A stretch of DNA of 64,000 nt from Macrostomum lignano (taxonomy: Eukaryota). Each line of letters begins with the position of its first letter. Positions within the stretch are counted from its first letter, which is position 1. Both the position numbers and the translations under genes were made by a program. Below, piece after piece: positions 54,401 to 61,497 of this stretch. A model generated the notes under the pieces. It saw nothing but the letters and a program-made list of their open reading frames with translations. It had not been told where the DNA came from and made no database searches. The stretch spans positions 62,001 through 126,000 of the forward strand of contig NIVC01001587.1 in NCBI GenBank assembly GCA_002269645.1. The letters are read 5' to 3'.

Positions 54401-57400
54401 TTTGATGTTCTGTGTATGCGAATGTCTCTCGATGCTGTTGAGTTTGAGATGTTCTGTGTATGCGAATGTCTCTCGATGCTGTTGAGTTTGAGGTGTTCTG
54501 TGTATGCGAATGTCTCTCGGATGCTGTTGAGTTTGAGGTGTTCTGTGTATGCGAATGTCTCTCGGATGCTGTTGAGTTTGAGATGTTCTGTGTATGCGAA
54601 TGTCTCTCGGATGCTGTTGAGTTTGAGATGTTCTGTGTATGCGAATTTCTCTCGGATGCTGTTGAGTTTGAGGTGTTCTGTGTATGCGAATTCTCTCGGA
54701 TGCTGTTGAGTTTGAGGTGCTGTGTATGCGAATGTCTCTCGGATGCTGTTGAGTTTGAGATGTTCTGTGTATGCGAATGTCTCTCGGATTCTGTTGAGTT
54801 TGAGATGTTCTGTGTATGCGAATGTCTCTCGGATGTTGCTGTGCTCAAGTTGATTAGTTCGTTATATCCCAGATATTTGAAACTTGCCACTGACACCATT
54901 CGCCTCGCTCAGGTGATCAACCTGATCGTCATGGTGCAGGACGGCAGTTCGCCAGTTGTGGCTGCCGCACTGGACAAAGTGCTGGACATTCTGCACCAGT
55001 CGACTGACCTGTACTCAGGCGAGATTGCCAACTTGCAAGACGACCGAGTGACGTCCGATTATGTTGGTGGCCTAATGGCGGTAAGCAAATTTGTTGGGTT
55101 TTCTATTTCGGACCATCCTCAGCATTCAGTTAGTCATTCGAGTGCCTGTTAAAACCGCTCATAAACAACCTTGCAGAGCGGGCCCAGATTGCCGGAGAAG
55201 AAGCGGCATTCGGTGCCGGCTCAGCGACGTGAGTACCTGTCAATCTGGCGACAACTTCGTAGACTCTGAGCTTGAAATTACTGTAATATAGGCAGCTAGA
55301 AAATCCAACTGGAAGAAAATTCATTCAATGCTCACCTCCCTATTTTGTTTCCATTGACCAGCCCCATTGTTAACTTGCAGGTCCGAGACCCTCAGAGGTC
55401 ATGAAGGAGCACATTAGCCAACTGTTAGGTACCTTAGTTTCATATGCATGCATTTCGGCCCCTCAATTGCTGCTTGGCTTTGGCGATAACTTGCCTATTC
55501 ATCAGGCCAGCCTCCTAGATTAATGTAATTACGAGGCCGCAGTCTCCTTTTCTCTTTCAGCTGCTTCTCCTCTCCATCTTTATTCCTAAGACTAATGACC
55601 CGTCATTAGGGAAGTCGCCAATCAATCCCTCCTCATGCTAGACTGCGGCTGGGGCTCCGTCACTTCTTCACTTCCCCTTTTTTCAAGGTGGCTACTGCCA
55701 ATGACACAGACCCTTCACCTGTATCGATTCAATAATTGTCGTTGGAAACAGGGCTGAAATTATGCAGAATTAATTTTCTTCTGCATTGATCCTTAATTTA
55801 CAACATGGCTCTGAATAAGTCTTCTCAATTTTATAGGAGAAGAGATGAGATGGAAGAAGACGGGAACGGAAAGATAGGAGGGGAGATTAGAGTTGAAGAG
55901 AACAGAAGAGAGAAGACAGAAGAGGAGAGGAGAACTATGGTTTTGCAAATATGGCTTTCTCACCGTATCGCATCTAAATCTAACACCTCAAATCTAACAC
56001 TGCTCGCTCAAAATCAGTTTGCAGTGAAATTCGAACCAATTGCTAAAGCCAGTTATTGATTGCGGTGCCAGACTTAGTGGCTGGACTACTTAACTACCGC
56101 CATAGCCTACATAATCATAATTAGGCGCTAAAACATCCAAAAACTCCACCCTCAAACCGGGGCGCAGAGAATTCGGCCAGCGCTATGCAGTCATTGCGCG
56201 ACACGCCAGATTACCTGCTGCATTACCTGGAGAACGACGACAACTGGAATTTCGACATTTTGGCTCTGGAACGAGTCACCGACCGCAAACCGATGGTGCA
56301 CCTGGCCATGCGGACGCTGCGCAGATTCCAGGTGTGCCAGTACCTGCAGTGCAGCGAGGACACCATGCTGCGGTGGCTGCAGGTGATTCAGGACCACTAC
56401 AGGGCGGACAACTGCTACCACAATGCCACACACGGAGCCGACGTGATGCAGTGCTCGGCCTATTTCCTGAGCCGAGACCGGGTCAGGCTGGCCTTCGACG
56501 AGACTGACGAAGCCGCTTCGCTACTTGGCGCTCTGGTGCACGACTTGGACCATCCGGGCAGGACCAACCCGTTCCTGATTAACTGCCGACACCGCCTGGC
56601 GCTGCTGTATAACGATATGTGAGTTTGAGAAACTCGGAGCGTGAGAAGCTGCTAGAACTTGAGTAAACTCAGAGATGAAGGAGTTAACGCATTGCTAAGA
56701 GGGTTACGAGGGCCGGCTAGGGTTATGCTGTGTTTTTTCCGCACCAATTGCTTTGAAAATTTACAGGCAGTTTTCCGTGTATGCAATTAATCATCATATA
56801 AATTGCCAAGTCGGTTTGTCTATGGATTTCAGCTTCATTAGTCTCTGACTGAAGTCAGGGGCCGTAGCCCAGAGGTCTGGCGCGGCGCTCTCCTGTACCA
56901 GCGGCCCAGGCTCGATTCCAAGTGCAGTCACATTAAGTTGGGGCTAAATTGGAATCTCGGCTTGGCTCTGCTCGTGCAATTAACGGCCTTGAGAGCCAAC
57001 CCCCAAGGCACAGTGAAGTGTACATGCCTAACGATAAATAAAGTTAGGGCCGCCGTACACTCCTGTGTGAGTGTGAGCCTGTGCGTATGACTGCGTACGT
57101 ATCCGCGCGCTTGTGTGCCTGCTCAGGGGAGTCGGGCGGAATGGGCAGCAATGCCTCTCGCCGGTTGTGCGACAATGTCGCTTAAAGTGCGCCAGGGTGC
57201 ACACAGCCTCCTGCATCTATCTATCTAGATATGTCTGGCTGAAGTCAGTTTTCAGCATTCGGCGTTCAAGAAAATTGAACTTAGTCTGGTGGCCCAGACT
57301 ACGATGTGAAATGTCGTAAGCGGTAATTTCGTCCGTTACAAAGTAAATATTACACATTAATACTAAACTATGGATTGAAAACGCCTGTAAACAATCAGCC

Positions 57401-59254
57401 CCAATCGCTGCCCCCACCCAATTCTTCATTGCAGCTCAGTGCTGGAGAGCCATCACGTCTCATTAGCTTTTCAACTGACAACTAAAGACGATAGAATAAA
57501 CATATTTAAAAACATGAGCACAGACGACTACAAGCAACTCAGGCAGAGCATTGTTGACGTTGTCCTGGCAACAGAGATGGCCAAGCACTTCGAGCACGTT
57601 GGTAAATTTGCCAATCAAATTCTGGCACCGCTGCTGGCCATGGAGGAGGAGGCGGAAGGGGAGGGCGGGGCTGCCAGCCAGCCAATCAGCGAGGAGGAGG
57701 TGCAGGAGCTGCTCACCCGGCCTGAGAATCGCAGCCTGATCAGGCGGGTGCTCATCAAGTGCTCGGACGTCAGCAACCCCTGCAGGCCGTTGAAGCTGTG
57801 CAAAGAATGGGCCCGACGAATCTCAGAGGAATATTTTCTGCAGGTAAGAAATCTGCTTTTAATGTATTTACTTTCTTGCACAGCTGCTCAGGTAAAAGAA
57901 CGTGCATTATATTTTCAAATCATTTCTTAAACCATTTCTTAGAAATCAGGTCACTTCTTACAACTTAAGCCATTTCTTAGAAATCAGGTCACTTCTTACA
58001 ACTTAAACCATTTCTTAGAAATCAGGTCACTTCTTACAACTTAAGCCATTTCTTAGAAATCAGGTCACTTCTTACAACTTAAGCCATTTCTTAGAAATCA
58101 GGTCACTTCTTACAACTTAAGCCATTTCTTAGAAATCAGGTCACTTCTTACAACTTAAGCCATTTCTTAGAAATCAGGTCACTTCTTACAACTTAAGCCA
58201 TTTCTTAGAAATCAGGTCACTTCTTACAACTTAAGCCATTTCTTAGAAATCAGGTCACTTCTTACAACTTAAGCCATTTCTTAGAAATCGCGCAACTTCT
58301 TAGATCGGAAGCTACTTTTGAACATTGCTTTGAATTTTCGTTAATTCTAGGAAAGCGATTATATTTTCCTAGATAGAAGACATTTAAACATTCAAAAGTG
58401 GATCCGCTTCTAGAAAGACGTAATTAACAAAAAATGATAGCAAAACATTATTTTCAATGTTTTTTCGACGCAAATTCAAAGTAAATGCTTGCGTAATGTA
58501 CTTTTTCGTGCGAAATATGAAGTTGCCCTTTGTCGCCACTTGAACCCTGGCAAAAATACTACATATACAGTAGCAATATCGCATCGCCAAAAATGAAGTA
58601 ACAACCCAATCAATTCAATGGCCCTTCAGACTGACGAAGAGAAGTCCCAAGGTTTGCCCGTAGTGATGCCAATGTTCGATAGGGCTACCTGCAACATGCC
58701 CAAGTCGCAGACCAGCTTTATTGACTTCTTTCTCAAGGAGATGTTCACCGTTTGGCACCGTGAGTTGCGGGCTGGATGTCCGGGATTGAGAATTGAATGT
58801 ACATAAGTTATCATTTAGATGCGTGAATCAGACACATTCTAAACGACAATCAGACACAGTCTAACTGAGAATCAGACACAGTCTAACTGAGAGTCAGACA
58901 CATTCTAACTGAGAATCAGACACAGTCTAACTGAGAATCAGACACATTCTAACTGAGAATCAGACACAGTCTAACTGAGAATCAGACACATTCTAACTGA
59001 GAATCAGACACAGTCTAACTGAGAATCAGACACAGTCTAACTGAGAATCAGACATATCCTATATGAGCGGTACAAATGAGAGTAAAACACGGAGTCATAC
59101 TACTACTTGAGAAGTAGTTGAAAGCCGCCGAAGTAGCTAAAAGCCGCCATTCACCTGCACCACCTTCGCAGAATTCTGTGATGTACCGGTCCTGCTGGAG
59201 AATCTGAACGCTAACTACGAGTACTGGAAGAGCCTTATCGATGTTGACAGCTGA
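16302..59254 (+). CDS. PDE8: cAMP-specific phosphodiesterase 8 family (REC + PAS + PDEase). Core exons: 26536-26846, 27132-27183, 30253-30426, 32959-33108, 33198-33286, 33431-33674, 54913-55080, 55177-55228, 55381-55428, 56168-56618, 57435-57843, 58630-58759, 59172-59254; probable first exon 16302-16382
   Basis: Core exons sum to 2361 nt in one frame with all phases consistent. Motifs: VLLIFPPED (REC), [12 protein letters not shown] and GRRKSG (PAS), DAPINK|[42 protein letters not shown]. Confidence 0.95.
16455..17442. repeat. 19-bp G-rich minisatellite GTGAGGATGGGGAGGTACC, PDE8 intron 1
   Basis: Direct reading. Confidence 0.96.
18190..18810. repeat. Degenerate (TCTAA)n pentanucleotide array
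   Basis: Direct reading. Confidence 0.93.
20017..20195. mobile_element. Palindromic MITE copy 1 (CAT...ATG termini, 8-bp TSD ATAGGCCT)
   Basis: ~70-bp imperfect inverted arms; ATAGGCCT at 20009-20016 and 20196-20203. Confidence 0.85.
21959..22128. mobile_element. Palindromic MITE copy 2 (TSD CTATGCCG / CTATGCCT)
   Basis: Same family as copy 1; 7/8 flanking direct repeat. Confidence 0.85.
24329..24376 (+). CDS. PDE8: Candidate 48-nt PDE8 exon [16 protein letters not shown]
   Basis: TTTGCAG acceptor, GTGAGT donor, open in phase 0/0; no homology support. Confidence 0.45.
24420..24692. repeat. 22-bp (2 x 11) minisatellite GTGCTCACACTGTGCTCATGGT
   Basis: Direct reading. Confidence 0.95.
24718..24938. 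repeat. (TCTAA)n pentanucleotide array
   Basis: Direct reading. Confidence 0.95.
25826..26478. repeat. 20-bp minisatellite GAGAAGCCATATTAGCGATA
   Basis: Direct reading; ends about 55 nt before the REC exon. Confidence 0.95.
26536..26846 (+). CDS. PDE8: PDE8 exon, receiver (REC)-like domain
   Basis: VLLIFPPED...HQLVLLDRR...VFVAVTKP; donor GTGAGC. Acceptor is weak; an alternative at 26497 is in frame. Confidence 0.88.
27132..27183 (+). CDS. PDE8: PDE8 exon ([17 protein letters not shown])
   Basis: Phase 2 to 0; matches the LL.AGF.R segment. Confidence 0.85.
27371..27460. repeat. Perfect (GA)45 microsatellite
   Basis: Direct reading. Confidence 0.99.
27925..29170. repeat. 28-bp minisatellite GACAGGTCGATAGAGACAGACTGATACA
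   Basis: Direct reading. Confidence 0.96.
29843..30120. repeat. 22/36-bp minisatellite AGGAGTGTCTTTAAGCATCAGT
   Basis: Direct reading. Confidence 0.93.
30253..30426 (+). CDS. PDE8: PDE8 exon (REC-PAS linker, [14 protein letters not shown])
   Basis: 174 nt, phase 0/0, donor GTGAGT. Confidence 0.9.
30456..31665. repeat. 22/20-bp minisatellite CACAATCCTACACAGAACCAGG
   Basis: Direct reading. Confidence 0.97.
32262..32915. repeat. 44-bp hairpin-unit minisatellite GCTTAACTGGTCACACACCCAGTCAGTCAGTTGAGCACACCTAT
   Basis: Period 44 (e.g. 32303, 32347); about 15 copies. Confidence 0.97.
32959..33108 (+). CDS. PDE8: PDE8 exon, PAS domain ([12 protein letters not shown])
   Basis: 150 nt, canonical PAS motif. 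Confidence 0.92.
33198..33286 (+). CDS. PDE8: PDE8 exon, PAS C-terminal ([13 protein letters not shown])
   Basis: Matches W.G...RRKSG. Confidence 0.92.
33431..33674 (+). CDS. PDE8: PDE8 exon (HRFVWLRR...RRGS...IDAPINK)
   Basis: Phase 2 to 0; EAPITK-like end; RRGS is a PKA-type site. Confidence 0.9.
33710..54835. repeat. ~21.1-kb satellite of 45-bp unit TGTTCTGTGTATGCGAAT(T/G)TCTCTCGGATGCTGTTGAGTTTGAG(A/G), about 470 copies, filling one PDE8 intron
   Basis: Direct reading; 43/44-bp deletion variants interspersed. Confidence 0.99.
54913..55080 (+). CDS. PDE8: PDE8 exon (VINLI...ALDKVLDIL...DLYS...VGGLMA)
   Basis: Direct match to the conserved PDE8 pre-catalytic segment. Confidence 0.93.
55177..55228 (+). 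CDS. PDE8: PDE8 exon ([17 protein letters not shown])
   Basis: Phase 0 to 1, GTGAGT donor. Confidence 0.8.
55381..55428 (+). CDS. PDE8: Symmetric 48-nt PDE8 exon, possibly a cassette ([16 protein letters not shown])
   Basis: TTGCAG acceptor, G|GTACCT donor, phase 1/1. Confidence 0.55.
56168..56618 (+). CDS. PDE8: PDE8 exon, catalytic domain N-half
   Basis: [39 protein letters not shown]. Confidence 0.96.
56858..57042 (+). mobile_element. tRNA-derived SINE-like element in a PDE8 intron
   Basis: A-box-like GTAGCCCAGAGGTCTGG, B-box-like GGCTCGATTCC, AATAAA tail; no acceptor-stem pairing. Confidence 0.6.
57435..57843 (+). CDS. PDE8: PDE8 exon, catalytic domain
   Basis: [37 protein letters not shown]. 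Confidence 0.96.
57920..58288. repeat. 38-bp minisatellite AAGCCATTTCTTAGAAATCAGGTCACTTCTTACAACTT
   Basis: Period 38 (57929, 57967). Confidence 0.97.
58630..58759 (+). CDS. PDE8: PDE8 exon (TDEEK...[12 protein letters not shown]...PKSQTSFID)
   Basis: Contains the invariant substrate-binding Gln. Confidence 0.96.
58826..59053. repeat. 22-bp minisatellite AATCAGACACAGTCTAACTGAG
   Basis: Direct reading. Confidence 0.96.
59172..59254 (+). CDS. PDE8: PDE8 terminal exon ([27 protein letters not shown])
   Basis: Phase 1; L..NY..WK motif; TGA at 59252-59254. Confidence 0.92.
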
Positions 59255-59375
59255 GAGACACCTAGATGAAGCGAACAGCCTCTTTAAGAGAAGAATGACT
59301 TTAACGTATTGGCACAATGTTTAAAGATGAAAAAATCGTCAATGCTTGTTTTATTGTTGAATTTTATTTTCTTTA

Positions 59376-59381
59376 AATAAA
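59376..59381 (+). terminator. Candidate PDE8 polyadenylation signal AATAAA
   Basis: First AATAAA about 120 nt after the stop codon. Confidence 0.5.
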
Positions 59382-59679
59382 CTCCGTTACTAACGAACTC
59401 CTATGGTGTAAATAAGCAACACCATACTGTTTCCAATTATCATTTAAATTTTTAAATTTACGCGCGAAATGTAAGCACTTATTCGTTACTGACTTACTGA
59501 CTCTAAAGTCCAAACTTCATCAAGGAATGAGGGATTCAATATGCTCGAATTAGGTCTTGGGTTGCTTAAACGTCTTGGCGAAGCATATTGATCTCGATTT
59601 TTTATACCTCACCAGAGAGTGATTGGCATAGACTATTGAGATTGAGTCTAATGCATGCCTTTAATTGACACTATGTGGC

Positions 59680-61120
59680 ATAGATAGTGGCCACAGACTG
59701 GAATTTACTCCTCGCTTAGACTATAGACTATGGAATTTAATGCACGCTATTAACACTACATGGAATAGATAGTGGCCATAAACTATGGAATTTAATGCAC
59801 GCTATTAACACTACATGGAATAGATAGTGGCCATAAACTATGGAATTTAATGCACGCTACTAACACTACGTTGAATAGATAGTGGCCATAAACTATGGAA
59901 TTTAATGCACGCTACTAACACTACGTTGAATAGATAGTGGCCATAGACTATGGAATTTAATGCACGCTGTTAACACTATGTGGAATAGATAGTGTCCATA
60001 GACTATGGAATTTAATGCACGCTGTTAATACTACGTGGAATAGATAGTGTCCATAGACTATGGAATTTAATGCACGCTGTTAACACTACGTGGAATAGAT
60101 AGTGTCCATAGACTATGGAATTTAATGCACGCTGTTAACACTACGTGGAATAGATAGTGTCCATAGACTATGGAATTTAATGCACGCTGTTAACACTACG
60201 TGGAATAGATAGTGGCCATAGACTATGGAATTTAATGCACGCTGTTAATACTACGTGGAATAGATAGTGGCCATAAACTATGGAATTTAATGCACGCTGT
60301 TAACACTACATGGAATAGATAGTGTCCATAGACTATGGAATTTAATGCACGCTGTTAATACTACGTGGAATAGATAGTGTCCATAGACTATGCAATTTAA
60401 TGCACGCTGTTAATACTACGTGGAATAGATAGTGTCCATAGACTATGGAATTTAATGCACGCTGTTAATACTACGTGGAATAGATAGTGTCCATAGACTA
60501 TGGAATTTAATGCACGCTGTTAATACTACGTGGAATAGATAGTGTCCATAGACTATGGAATTTAATGCACGCTGTTAACACTACGTGGAATAGATAGTGG
60601 CCATAGACTATGGAATTTAATGCACGCTGTTAACACTATGTGGAATAGATAGTGTCCATAGACTATGGAATTTAATGCACGCTGTTAATACTACGTGGAA
60701 TAGATAGTGTCCATAGACTATGGAATTTAATGCACGCTGTTAATACTACGTGGAATAGATAGTGTCCATAGACTATGGAATTTAATGCACGCTGTTAACA
60801 CTACGTGGAATAGATAGTGTCCATAGACTATGGAATTTAATGCACGCTGTTAACACTACGTGGAATAGATAGTGTCCATAGACTATGGAATTTAATGCAC
60901 GCTGTTAATACTACGTGGAATAGATAGTGTCCATAGACTATGGAATTTAATGCACGCTGTTAACACTACGTGGAATAGATAGTGTCCATAGACTATGGAA
61001 TTTAATGCACGCTGTTAACACTACGTGGAATAGATAGTGGCCATAGACTATGGAATTTATGCACGCTGTTAACACTACGTGGAATAGATAGTGGCCATAG
61101 ACTATGCAATTTATGCACGG
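59680..61120. repeat. 55-bp intergenic minisatellite TAGATAGTGTCCATAGACTATGGAATTTAATGCACGCTGTTAACACTACGTGGAA
   Basis: Period 55 (59821, 59876); about 25 copies. Confidence 0.97.
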
Positions 61121-61497
61121 TGTAATAATAATTCATGAAATAATTCATTGTCACTCAATTCGCTGTCGAAGCATGCCTTCATTGACAGACATAATTGAAA
61201 TTGTCTATGGTAAAGGATTATTTAAGTAGAATCAGCCTCGTAGGCCCCTAGGATAAGCTAGTTGTAGAAGTGGAAAATAAATTCTCGCATGCATGAAGCA
61301 TTCCTGAAAGAGTCTCTCATTGGCTGACTAAGTCTTCCCGATTGACAGGTGAGCTGCTGTTGCCGATCGGGATTTATAAGCCGGGCTCACTTGCCAATCT
61401 CCGCCCTCACCCGTCCCGGACCAAGCTGAAACTCCTCATTCGCCTCACTCCCCTTTTGTTGAAGAAGAAATCAGTTTCTGAAGAATCTTGCACAGCC

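Noticed and set aside
40938-54899. 4653-aa ORF as a real giant protein gene
   Set aside because: It is made of a satellite strand with no stops in any frame, switches frame at indels, and is antisense within a PDE8 intron
55688-55721. Extra PDE8 exon after a strong pyrimidine tract
   Set aside because: It has an in-frame TGA in the required phase
56858-56930. tRNA gene
   Set aside because: A/B boxes are present but there is no acceptor stem or cloverleaf; treated as a SINE head
32262-61120. CRISPR-like arrays (44-, 45-, 38- and 55-bp palindromic units)
   Set aside because: Units are head-to-tail with no unique spacers, there are no cas genes, and the context is eukaryotic
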